Shown here piece by piece: positions 1-8,606 of a DNA stretch of 64,000 nt. The stretch is from an uncultured Eubacteriales bacterium. GTDB taxonomy: Bacteria > Bacillota > Clostridia > Oscillospirales > Acutalibacteraceae. Below the pieces are notes generated by a model. It had not been told where the DNA came from. It did no database searches and saw only the letters and a list, made by a program, of their open reading frames with translations. Location: positions 11,108 to 75,107 of the forward strand of contig CAZTFS010000002.1 of assembly GCA_964613045.1 (NCBI GenBank), in the 5' to 3' direction. Positions within the stretch are counted from its first letter, which is position 1. Each line of letters opens with the position of its first letter. Made by a program: the position numbers and the translations under genes.

Positions 1-121
1 GTTTTAAAATTTTATATTAAAAGAGGATGCGTTTCGGCGTATCAATGCGGGTGGCACCGCGGGTTAAATTTTGTTTGCTCGTCCCGGGAATATTTTATAT
101 TCCCCGGGACTATTTTATTTT
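1..121 (+). promoter_or_regulatory. T-box riboswitch leader, 3' part only (T-box motif plus intrinsic terminator); the specifier region lies off-window
   Basis: Conserved T-box sequence AATGCGGGTGGCACCGCGGG at 44-63. GC-rich hairpin GTCCCGGG (81-88) / CCCGGGAC (103-110) followed by a T-rich run at 111-121. Lies directly upstream of an aminoacyl-tRNA synthetase gene. Confidence 0.8.
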
Positions 122-145
122 GTATTAAAACAGGAGGAATGCTGT

Positions 146-2227
146 ATGTACAGAACTCTATTTTGTAACGACATCTGTGACAAGCACATAGGTCAGACAG
201 TTCAGCTTGCGGGCTGGGTCGATGTTGTACGAGATCACGGCGGTGTTATCTTTGTTGATCTTCGTGACTACACAGGTGTTACTCAGGTTGTTATCCATAA
301 CGAGGAGCTTCTTAAAAATGTAAACCGTGAAACTGTTATTTCTGTAAGCGGTGTTGTTGAAAAACGTGATGATGAAACCGTTAACACGAAGATTGCAACA
401 GGTTATGTTGAATTGGTTGCAGATTCACTTCAGGTTCTCGGTAAATCTCAGAATATGCTTCCCTTTGAAGTAAGAAATTCAAGACTGAGCAAAGATGAGC
501 TCCGTCTTAAATACCGTTACCTTGACCTTCGTAATCCCAAGAACCATAACAACCTTGTTATGCGTTCAAAGATTATCAGACATCTTAGAAATAAGATGGA
601 AGACAAGGGCTTCCTTGATATGCAGACGCCTATCCTTACCGCATCATCACCCGAGGGAGCAAGAGACTTCCTTGTTCCCAGCCGTAAGCATCCCGGCAAG
701 TTCTATGCATTACCTCAGGCTCCTCAGCAGTTTAAACAGCTTCTTATGGTATCGGGCTTCGACAGATATTTCCAGGTGGCTCCCTGTTTCCGTGATGAAG
801 ATGCACGTGCTGACCGTTCACCCGGTGAATTCTATCAGCTCGACTTTGAAATGGCTTTCGCAACTCAAGAAGAAGTTCTTGATGTCTGTGAAGACGTTAT
901 CTACGATACATTCAAGACATTTTCGGATAAGAAAGTAACAGAAAAGCCTTTCCGCCGTATCACTTATGCCGATGCAATGATGACATACGGTTCGGATAAG
1001 CCCGATCTGAGAAATCCTCTCATAATATGCGATCTTACTGATTTCTTCGCTCAGGTCAATTTTCCCGCATTCAAGGGCAGACCTGTAAGAGGTATTGTTG
1101 CTGATTGTAAAGGAAAGTCAAAGAAATTCTTTGAAGATTCTCTTAAATATGCCACTTCCGCAGAAGTAGGTCTCGGCGGTCTCGGTTATATCACGCTTAA
1201 AGACGGTGTTTTTGCAGGTCCTATCGCAAAGTTCCTCAGTGAAGCTCAGAAGACTGAGATAACAGAGTTAACAGGTGTCAAAGAGGGCGAAACTCTCTTC
1301 TTCATCTGTGATGACAAGAAGAATGATACAGAGAAAAAAGCAGGTCTTATCCGTACATGGCTCGCAAGAAAAGAACAGCTTGACCTTATTCGTGATGATG
1401 CTTTTGAATTCTGTTTTGTTGTTGATTTCCCAATGTACGAGGATGATGAAGAAACCGGCGAAACGATCTTTACTCACAATCCGTTCTCTATGCCCCAAGG
1501 CGGTATGGAAGCTCTTATGACAAAAGATCCCACTGAGGTTCTTGCATATCAGTATGACCTTGTCTGTAACGGAATCGAGCTTGCATCGGGTGCTGTACGT
1601 AACCATGATATAGATATCATGAAAAAGGCATTCGAAATTGCAGGCTATGATGAAGCTGAACTTAAAAAGAGATTCAATGCACTTTATACTGCATTCCAGT
1701 ACGGAGCTCCTCCCCACGCAGGTATGGCACCCGGTATCGACCGTATGGTAATGCTTCTTACAGATGAAGAAAAGATTCTTGATGTTATCGCATTCCCTCT
1801 CAACGGCAATGCTCAGGATCTTCTCCTCGGTGCTCCCTCAGAAGTTACAAACCAGCAGCTCGAGGATGTTCATCTCTTAGGCTCAGGCAGTGCTCTTGCT
1901 CAGCGTCAGACTGCAAGCGGTTCAACAGGTTCAAGACAGTCTCAGGGCAAGCGTTCCACATTCTCAAACGCACAGCAGCTTAATCAGATATCCCTTACGG
2001 AAGATGAAGAAGCTGTTATGCAGAATATCTTCGCTGATATGAGTGAAAGTGAAAAGAAACTCGGAGCTTGTGACACGGAAAATGTTGAAGCAATGGTTCA
2101 TGTTATGGAAATGACAAATATCCTTCGTGACGATGTCCGCAAACAGCCCTTTACAAGAGAAAGTCTTCTTGAAGGTGCTCCCGAACGTAATGAAGACAGC
2201 TGGCAAGTACCCAGACTGGTAAAGTGA
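146..2227 (+). CDS. aspS: Aspartyl-tRNA synthetase (bacterial type, probably non-discriminating) fused in frame to a C-terminal GatC-like domain
   Basis: ORF 71-2227. Start moved to ATG 146 (AGGAGG at 132-137, 8-nt spacer) because the upstream codons lie inside the T-box terminator. AspRS motifs present: FYALPQAPQQFKQLLM, CFRDEDARADRSPGEF, GAPPHAGMAPGIDR, and a GAD-type insertion. The tail is GatC-like (next entry). Confidence 0.9.
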   Translation: MYRTLFCNDICDKHIGQTVQLAGWVDVVRDHGGVIFVDLRDYTGVTQVVIHNEELLKNVNRETVISVSGVVEKRDDETVNTKIATGYVELVADSLQVLGKSQNMLPFEVRNSRLSKDELRLKYRYLDLRNPKNHNNLVMRSKIIRHLRNKMEDKGFLDMQTPILTASSPEGARDFLVPSRKHPGKFYALPQAPQQFKQLLMVSGFDRYFQVAPCFRDEDARADRSPGEFYQLDFEMAFATQEEVLDVCEDVIYDTFKTFSDKKVTEKPFRRITYADAMMTYGSDKPDLRNPLIICDLTDFFAQVNFPAFKGRPVRGIVADCKGKSKKFFEDSLKYATSAEVGLGGLGYITLKDGVFAGPIAKFLSEAQKTEITELTGVKEGETLFFICDDKKNDTEKKAGLIRTWLARKEQLDLIRDDAFEFCFVVDFPMYEDDEETGETIFTHNPFSMPQGGMEALMTKDPTEVLAYQYDLVCNGIELASGAVRNHDIDIMKKAFEIAGYDEAELKKRFNALYTAFQYGAPPHAGMAPGIDRMVMLLTDEEKILDVIAFPLNGNAQDLLLGAPSEVTNQQLEDVHLLGSGSALAQRQTASGSTGSRQSQGKRSTFSNAQQLNQISLTEDEEAVMQNIFADMSESEKKLGACDTENVEAMVHVMEMTNILRDDVRKQPFTRESLLEGAPERNEDSWQVPRLVK
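1988..2224 (+). other. gatC: GatC-like domain (79 aa) at the C-terminus of the AspRS ORF, preceded by a 37-aa low-complexity linker (1877-1987)
   Basis: ISLTEDEEAVMQNIF...DTENVEAMVHVMEMTNILRDDV...ESLLEGAPERNEDSWQVPRLVK follows the GatC pattern (DTxxVEP...H...N.LReD...L..AP....f.VP.v). No stop codon separates it from AspRS. Confidence 0.7.
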
Positions 2228-2237
2228 GGTGTGCAGA

Positions 2238-3419
2238 ATGAAAAACTATGTAACTAAGTTGTTTGATAACGGTAATATTGCCGTTGATGATACAATTCTT
2301 GTGAAAGATTCTCAGACAGCGGCAGGTTCACGTATTATGGAGGGCTTCAAACCCCTGTTCAGTGCAGATGCTGTTGTTAAACTTAAAGAAAAAGGCTATA
2401 AAATATCCGGAAAAGCAAGTGTCGGTGAATTCGGACTTGATCTTGTCGGTGAATTCTCACACTATGCACCGCAGGAAGGTACTCTCAAAGGTGCATCGGC
2501 AGAGCTTGTTGCAAAGAGTGAAGTAAAGGCTGCCCTCGGTGTTGATATGAACGGTTCAACAAGACGTGCAGCTGCTCTTTCAGGCGTTGACTTTCTAAAA
2601 CCCACATACGGAACTGTTTCACGATACGGTATAATATCATGTGCCGCCTCAGGCGAGCAGCTCGGTGTTTACGCAAAGGATGCCGAAAATATTAAAGAGA
2701 TCATGGATGTCATTGCAGGTCACGACGACAAGGACGGTACAAGCCTTCCCGCAGAAAGCTATGATTATTCAATTACTGATGTACAGGGCAAGAAAGTCTG
2801 CATTATCAAGGAGCTTCTTGACAAAGCAGACGACGAAACAAAAGCAAAAGTAACTGCTTTTGCAGAAGCTCTTAATGCAAACGGTGTTACGGTTGAGACA
2901 ATCTCATGCGATCTGTTTGAGCTTGCAAACACTGCATGGCAGATTCTTATGTGTGCTGAAACATGTAACAACGTTTCCCGTTATGACGGTGTTAAATTCG
3001 GTCACAGAGCCGAAAAATACAGAAATATTGACGAGCTTTATGTAAACTCAAGAACAGAAGGCTTCAACTTCCTTACAAAGGCAGTTATTCTCTACGGTTC
3101 TGATGTTCTCTCAAAAAACAGATATAAAGACTGTTATGATAAATCTCTCAGAGTACGACGTGTCGTTGCAGACGGTATGGCAAAGCTTTTTGAAGGTTAT
3201 GACGCAGTGCTTACCCCCGTGTGCAGTAAAACTTCTTATGAAGCTTATGATATTCATGATGCATTCGGAAAAGTATTCGCTGAAAGCGTATTTACATCAG
3301 TGGCAAACCTTATCGGTATTCCTGCTCTTGTAAGCGGCGGTGTTCAGCTTATGGGCAAGCAGTTCAGTGAAAGCACGCTTCTCAGTCTTGCACACATTGT
3401 TGAAAGGAAAGGTGAATGA
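2238..3419 (+). CDS. gatA: GatA-like amidotransferase subunit A, short (393 aa) and divergent
   Basis: KPTYGTVSRYGIISCAAS, VKD (catalytic-Lys context) and a RYDGVKFG-type C-terminal region align with GatA. GAGGTG RBS at 2226-2231. Sits between the GatC-like tail and gatB, and its stop overlaps the gatB start region. Confidence 0.75.
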   Translation: MKNYVTKLFDNGNIAVDDTILVKDSQTAAGSRIMEGFKPLFSADAVVKLKEKGYKISGKASVGEFGLDLVGEFSHYAPQEGTLKGASAELVAKSEVKAALGVDMNGSTRRAAALSGVDFLKPTYGTVSRYGIISCAASGEQLGVYAKDAENIKEIMDVIAGHDDKDGTSLPAESYDYSITDVQGKKVCIIKELLDKADDETKAKVTAFAEALNANGVTVETISCDLFELANTAWQILMCAETCNNVSRYDGVKFGHRAEKYRNIDELYVNSRTEGFNFLTKAVILYGSDVLSKNRYKDCYDKSLRVRRVVADGMAKLFEGYDAVLTPVCSKTSYEAYDIHDAFGKVFAESVFTSVANLIGIPALVSGGVQLMGKQFSESTLLSLAHIVERKGE

Positions 3420-3421
3420 TT

Positions 3422-4840
3422 ATGAATTATGAACTCGTCATCGGCCTTGAAACTCATGTGGAGTTAAGTACCGAATCAAAAATATTCTGCTCATGCGGCG
3501 GTCATTCTGCAGCAAAAGAACCTAATGACTGTGTTTGTCCTGCTTGTTGCGGAATGCCCGGCATGCTTCCCGTAATGAATAAGAGAGTTGTTGAATTAGC
3601 TGTAACAGCAGGTCTTATGCTTAACTGCGAGATCAGCCGTTACACAACATTTGATAAGAAAAACTACTATTATCCCGATCTGCCCTGTGCTTATCAGATA
3701 ACACAGCTTAATCATCCCATCTGTACAAACGGTCTTGTTTCTCTCAAGACTTCTCAGGGTGTCCGTGATATCAGAATCAAGCAGATTCACATGGAAGAGG
3801 ATGCAGGTAAGCTTGTTCACGGCGGTAATTCATCTTTTGTTGACTTCAACCGTACCAGTGTTCCTCTTATTGAGATCGTTACACAGCCCGATTTTCGCAG
3901 TGCCGAAGAAGTAGTAACTTACCTTAACAAACTTAAGAATATGTTCCGTTCAGGCGGAATTTCAGAGTGTGAAGAGGGTGCAATGCGTTGTGACGTAAAC
4001 ATTTCTGTCCGTCCCGAAGGCAGTGAAGAATTCGGTGTCCGTACAGAGATAAAGAACATGAGCTCATTTGAGGCCATTGAAAAAGCTATAAAGTATGAAT
4101 CACAGCGTCATATTGATGCGCTTGAATTTGAAACAGAAGAGCTTGTACAGGAAACGAGAAGATTTGACGACGTTAGCGGCAAGACTTTTGCAATGAGAAA
4201 CAAGGAAACTGAGGCTGATTACCGCTATTTCCCCGATGCAAACCTTATGCCTATCATTATTGATGATGAATGGCTTGAAAAAATCAAGGCGGCAAAGCCC
4301 ACTGCTGTTGACGAAAAAGCTGAACAGTACAGAGAAGCAGGTATTTCCGATAAAGAAATCGATATGCTTCTTGCAAACAACAAGATTCTCAGACTTCTTG
4401 ATGACACGGTTGCTCTCGGCTGTAATATGAAAGATACGGCAGCATATATCCTCACTGACTGTATGGGTATTCTCCGTAAGGCAGGAAAAACGATCGGTGA
4501 GCTTGATATTACCGCAGAAGACCTTTCTGCTGTCATCAAAATGGTTACTGACGGCAAGATAAACAGAAATGCAGGTAAGAAAGTGCTTATCGCAATGATC
4601 GAAGACGGTGCAGACCCCGTGGAATACTGCAAGCAGAACGGTCTTGACAAGCAGGTTGATTCATCTGCAGTTGAAGGTATTGTTGATGCAGTTATAGCAA
4701 ATAATGCTCAGGCTGTAGAAGATTACAAAAACGGTAAGGTCAAGGCTATGCAGGCTCTCTTCGGTGCTTGCATGAAAGAACTCAAAGGTGCTGGTGACCC
4801 CACAGTCATCAAGACTCTTCTTGAAGAAAAACTTAAGTAA
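3422..4840 (+). CDS. gatB: Asp-tRNA(Asn)/Glu-tRNA(Gln) amidotransferase subunit B
   Basis: MNYELVIGLETHVEL, HMEEDAGK, and a YqeY-like C-terminal tail. An alternative ATG at 3416 overlaps the gatA stop (ATGA). Confidence 0.92.
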   Translation: MNYELVIGLETHVELSTESKIFCSCGGHSAAKEPNDCVCPACCGMPGMLPVMNKRVVELAVTAGLMLNCEISRYTTFDKKNYYYPDLPCAYQITQLNHPICTNGLVSLKTSQGVRDIRIKQIHMEEDAGKLVHGGNSSFVDFNRTSVPLIEIVTQPDFRSAEEVVTYLNKLKNMFRSGGISECEEGAMRCDVNISVRPEGSEEFGVRTEIKNMSSFEAIEKAIKYESQRHIDALEFETEELVQETRRFDDVSGKTFAMRNKETEADYRYFPDANLMPIIIDDEWLEKIKAAKPTAVDEKAEQYREAGISDKEIDMLLANNKILRLLDDTVALGCNMKDTAAYILTDCMGILRKAGKTIGELDITAEDLSAVIKMVTDGKINRNAGKKVLIAMIEDGADPVEYCKQNGLDKQVDSSAVEGIVDAVIANNAQAVEDYKNGKVKAMQALFGACMKELKGAGDPTVIKTLLEEKLK

Positions 4841-4851
4841 AATAAAACAGA

Positions 4852-4881
4852 ACAGGAGTTATCTACTCCTGTTTCTTTTTT
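4852..4881 (+). terminator. Rho-independent terminator after gatB
   Basis: ACAGGAGT (4852-4859) / ACTCCTGT (4865-4872), then a T-run at 4873-4881. Confidence 0.75.
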
Positions 4882-4895
4882 AAGGAATGATAAAA

Positions 4896-6074
4896 ATGAC
4901 TGAAAGACTTTTTGAAAAAGATGCTTATTGCAGAAGTTTCACTGCAGATGTACTTTCCTGTGAAGAAAAAGACGGGTTTTATTATGTCGTTCTAAATAAA
5001 ACTGCATTTTTCCCCGAAGGCGGAGGTCAGGCTCCGGACCAAGGCACAATTAACAGTGCAAATGTCCTTGATGTTCAGGAAAAAGACGGAATGGTTTATC
5101 ATAAAACAGATAAAGCCTTTCAAACGGGTGAAAAGGTGAAGTGTGAGCTTGACTGGAATTTGCGTTTTTCGAGAATGCAGAGCCATTCGGGGGAACATAT
5201 TGTATCAGGTATCGTGCATAGCCTTTTCGGCTATGACAATGTGGGCTTCCATATGAGTGAAAAAACTATGACCGTTGATTTCAGCGGACCTCTCACTGCT
5301 GAAGACATTGAAAAAGTTGAACTTGAATCAAACAAGGCGATTTACAAAAATGCACCCGTTACAGCATCTTATCCCACAAAAGAGGAACTTATAAATACAG
5401 ATTACAGAAGCAAAATCGAACCAAGAGACGGCATAAGACTTATCACAATTGAGGGTATCGACTGCTGTGCATGTTGTGCTCCGCATCCTGCATTTACAGG
5501 TGAAATCGGAATCATAAAAATAATCGATTTTTGTCCGCACAAAAAAGGAACAAGAATCGAAATGGTTGCGGGAATCAATGCTTTTTATGATTATTCGACA
5601 CTTCATTCATCAGCTAAGCAGGTTATGAATCTGCTTTCAGCAAAAAGAAACAGTATTGCCGATTTTGTTGAAAAACTTCAGGAAACTGCAAACTATCTCA
5701 AATCCGAAAACGGTAAGCTTTCAAGAAAACTTGCTCTCGCCGAACTTCAGACTGTAAACATCAACGGCTGTGCCTATTCAATTGGCAAGAATATGTCCTA
5801 TGATGACCTGAGAGCCTGTTCAAACAATCTAATTGAAAGCGGAATAAGAAAGTGCATTCTTCTTTCGGAAACAGAAGAAAACAGCTATATTTATGTCGTT
5901 AGCAGTTCTGAAAACGATGTCAGAACTATCGTTAGCTGCCTTAACAGCACTTTTAACGGTAAAGGCGGCGGAAGAGATAACTATGCTCAGGGCAAGCTTT
6001 CGGCATCGTCTGATGATGATCTGAAGATTTCTGTTGAAAAATTTTTCAACAATAAACAGATAATTGAATTCTGA
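4896..6074 (+). CDS. alaX: Alanyl-tRNA editing protein, AlaX-L type (AlaRS editing domain plus DHHA1-like C-terminus)
   Basis: HSGEHIVSG (HxxxH) and CCAPH (CxxxH) zinc motifs of the Thr/Ala-tRNA synthetase second additional domain. C-terminal GKGGGRDNYAQGK. AAGGA RBS lies 9 nt before ATG 4896. Confidence 0.8.
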   Translation: MTERLFEKDAYCRSFTADVLSCEEKDGFYYVVLNKTAFFPEGGGQAPDQGTINSANVLDVQEKDGMVYHKTDKAFQTGEKVKCELDWNLRFSRMQSHSGEHIVSGIVHSLFGYDNVGFHMSEKTMTVDFSGPLTAEDIEKVELESNKAIYKNAPVTASYPTKEELINTDYRSKIEPRDGIRLITIEGIDCCACCAPHPAFTGEIGIIKIIDFCPHKKGTRIEMVAGINAFYDYSTLHSSAKQVMNLLSAKRNSIADFVEKLQETANYLKSENGKLSRKLALAELQTVNINGCAYSIGKNMSYDDLRACSNNLIESGIRKCILLSETEENSYIYVVSSSENDVRTIVSCLNSTFNGKGGGRDNYAQGKLSASSDDDLKISVEKFFNNKQIIEF

Positions 6075-6124
6075 TAAAAACAGTGTTACAATAAAAATGC
6101 CAAGTAATAAAAAGAGGTAATATC

Positions 6125-6961
6125 ATGAAGCATGAACGACTTGAATTGAAAAATTATTTTGATTTCTTAGGCGAAAATAATGCTGATCCTACGCTTGATA
6201 TTTATTTGCCTTATAACATGGTTGAAATGAACAGGCAAAATCAGAAAAGACCGTGTATGCTGATATGTCCCGGAGGCGGATACGGCGGCTGTTCCGAGCG
6301 TGAATGGGAACCTGTTGCACTTCACTTTCTGCCGGAGGGCTTCAATTGTTTTGTTCTGAAATATTCCTGTGCTCCGCACCGTTTCCCGACTCAGATACGT
6401 GAAGTAGCGGCTGCTATGGAGCTTATCTGCAGCAAGGCAGAGGAATGGAACTGTGATACTGATAAGGTCGCAATAATGGGGTTCTCTGCGGGCGGACATC
6501 TTGCCGCACACTATTCAACAATGTATGATTGTAAAGAAGTCCGAGATGTATTCCCCGAAAGCAAGCCGGTAAATGCGACAGTTCTTTCTTATCCTGTTAT
6601 TACGGCTGATTTTACCTGCACACATCAGGGCAGTTTTCTTAATCTGTTAGGACACGCACCTGAGAATAAAGAGCAGGAAGATTATTTTTCCTGCAACAAG
6701 AATGTTGACGCCGATACTCCTCCTGCATTTTTATGGCATACTGCAGAGGACGGTGCTGTTCCCGTAGTCAACAGTATTTTGTATGCAAATGCACTTATTG
6801 AAAATAACGTGCCGGTTGAATTACATATTTATCCTTACGGAGGACATGGTTTGTCCACATGCGACAAACACACCGTTGATGATGTAACGGATGTTATTGC
6901 TTACAACAGCGTATGGATGGACAGTCTTAAACGTTGGCTTAAATTGATGTTTGATTTATAA
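6125..6961 (+). CDS. Alpha/beta-hydrolase esterase (carbohydrate-esterase-like)
   Basis: CPGGGYGG oxyanion-type loop, GFSAGGHLA nucleophile elbow, C-terminal GGHG. Confidence 0.7.
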   Translation: MKHERLELKNYFDFLGENNADPTLDIYLPYNMVEMNRQNQKRPCMLICPGGGYGGCSEREWEPVALHFLPEGFNCFVLKYSCAPHRFPTQIREVAAAMELICSKAEEWNCDTDKVAIMGFSAGGHLAAHYSTMYDCKEVRDVFPESKPVNATVLSYPVITADFTCTHQGSFLNLLGHAPENKEQEDYFSCNKNVDADTPPAFLWHTAEDGAVPVVNSILYANALIENNVPVELHIYPYGGHGLSTCDKHTVDDVTDVIAYNSVWMDSLKRWLKLMFDL

Positions 6962-6964
6962 GAT

Positions 6965-8602
6965 ATGAATGAATTAAGTAATATATTTTTTGATATTCAG
7001 AACGGTGCCGGCATTGTTCTTGAAAAAAACAAAATATACCATGTCAGACAGGACGATTCCTTTGAATTGTCGGGATATTACTGCACAAACTCTGCTAAGA
7101 AACACGAAAATCCCGACGGAACACGAAGAACTGCAATTTATCTGAACAATAAGCATGATATAACCATCGACGGCAACGGTGCAACGATAATTGTACACGG
7201 AAAAATGACTCCGTTTCTTTTTGATAACTGTCAGAATGTAACAGTCAAAGATATTGCTGTTGATTATGCATGCCCCACAATGGCTGAGTTTACGGTTCTT
7301 TCTGAGGATAACGGTGTTTATGACATAAAGATCAATTCGGAATGTCTTTTTAGTGTAGCCGGAAGTGATCTGATCTGGCAGGGTGAACCCGATAAAAACG
7401 GTGAGCCTTACTGGCAGGACAGTTACATAGGAAATCGCAGACTTATAAAGATTTTTGATCCTGTTAGTGAAACATGCAGTGATTTCAGACGTGAAGATCT
7501 GCCTTTTGAAAAAATCGAGCAGATAACGGCAGATACACTGAGGGTTAAATTGAAAAATAAAGAAGTATCGCTGCCTGTAGGCTGCGTTTTTCAGACACGT
7601 AATATTGTCCGTGATCAGACAGGAAGTCTTTTTCAGCGTTGTAAAAATCTGAGTTTTGAACGTCTTCGCATAAAATTTATGCATGGTCTGGGTATGGTTT
7701 CGCAGTTTTGTGAAAATGTATCGTTCCGTAATTGTGATCTTACACCGGGAGAGGGAAGAACCATTGCCAGTACTGCTGATTTCTTTCAGTTTTCGGGTTG
7801 TAAGGGTAAACTTGTAATTGACGGTTGCAAAGCCCGTGGTGCACAGGACGATTATGTAAATGTTCACGGAACACATCTTAGGATAGTTGAAAAAAACGAT
7901 AGTGAAAACAGTATTGTTGTCCGCTTCATGCATAACGAAACATGGGGATTTAAGGCATTTGAATCGGGTGATGAGCTTGAATTTGTCAGATGGGACACCC
8001 TCATTCCTTACGGATGCACAAAGGTTTTGCAGTATAAAAAGAACAATGATACAGACATAAAACTATACCTTGACAGAGCTTTACCCTGCATTGAAGTTGG
8101 TAAAGATGTTGTTGAGAATGCAACATGGACACCTGATTTGTATGTACACAACTGCGATTTCGGACCTACGGCAGGCCGTGGAATACTTTGCACTACACGA
8201 GGTGAAGTCATTATTGAAAATAACCGATTTCGCAATCTCTGGGGACCAGCATTGCTGATTGAAGATGATTGCAATTTCTGGTTTGAATCGGGCTATACAA
8301 ATGAGATAGTATTCAGAAATAATCTCGTTATCGGCTGTGAATACGGCAGTACGTGGGAGTCAGCTCCGTCAATTCGATATTCACCTAAGGTAATGAATGA
8401 AAATTCTGAAGAATTTGTACACGGTAAACTTGTGTTGACAGGTAATACATTTAAAAATGCATGGAACGGAACACATGCTGTATGGCTTGAGTATCTGAGA
8501 GAAGCTGAAATTACTGATAATACTTTTGATTCACCTTACACCGTAAAAACTCATTGCGTCGGAAGTGTTACTGACGAAAATAATAAGCATGTTTCGGAGT
8601 GA
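6965..8602 (+). CDS. Right-handed parallel beta-helix repeat protein (putative polysaccharide-active enzyme)
   Basis: Repeated short beta-strand turns of the type N..V.D/N..I.. (e.g. ITIDGNGATIIVHG, NVTVKDIAVD, VHNCDFGPTAGRGI, IENNRFRN). No signal peptide. The family call is by pattern only. Confidence 0.5.
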   Translation: MNELSNIFFDIQNGAGIVLEKNKIYHVRQDDSFELSGYYCTNSAKKHENPDGTRRTAIYLNNKHDITIDGNGATIIVHGKMTPFLFDNCQNVTVKDIAVDYACPTMAEFTVLSEDNGVYDIKINSECLFSVAGSDLIWQGEPDKNGEPYWQDSYIGNRRLIKIFDPVSETCSDFRREDLPFEKIEQITADTLRVKLKNKEVSLPVGCVFQTRNIVRDQTGSLFQRCKNLSFERLRIKFMHGLGMVSQFCENVSFRNCDLTPGEGRTIASTADFFQFSGCKGKLVIDGCKARGAQDDYVNVHGTHLRIVEKNDSENSIVVRFMHNETWGFKAFESGDELEFVRWDTLIPYGCTKVLQYKKNNDTDIKLYLDRALPCIEVGKDVVENATWTPDLYVHNCDFGPTAGRGILCTTRGEVIIENNRFRNLWGPALLIEDDCNFWFESGYTNEIVFRNNLVIGCEYGSTWESAPSIRYSPKVMNENSEEFVHGKLVLTGNTFKNAWNGTHAVWLEYLREAEITDNTFDSPYTVKTHCVGSVTDENNKHVSE

Positions 8603-8606
8603 TATT

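Noticed and set aside
71-145. The N-terminal 25 codons of the ORF-track AspRS ORF (MFARPGNILYSPGLFYFVLKQEECC).
   Set aside because: These codons run through the T-box terminator hairpin and its T-run. A strong AGGAGG RBS sits 8 nt before ATG 146, and the AspRS homology begins at MYRTL.
6974-7933. A 319-aa ORF antisense to the beta-helix gene.
   Set aside because: It has no RBS, a low-complexity Cys/Phe/Ile-rich composition, and lies entirely inside a sense-strand gene with recognisable repeats. This is a typical shadow ORF in AT-rich DNA.
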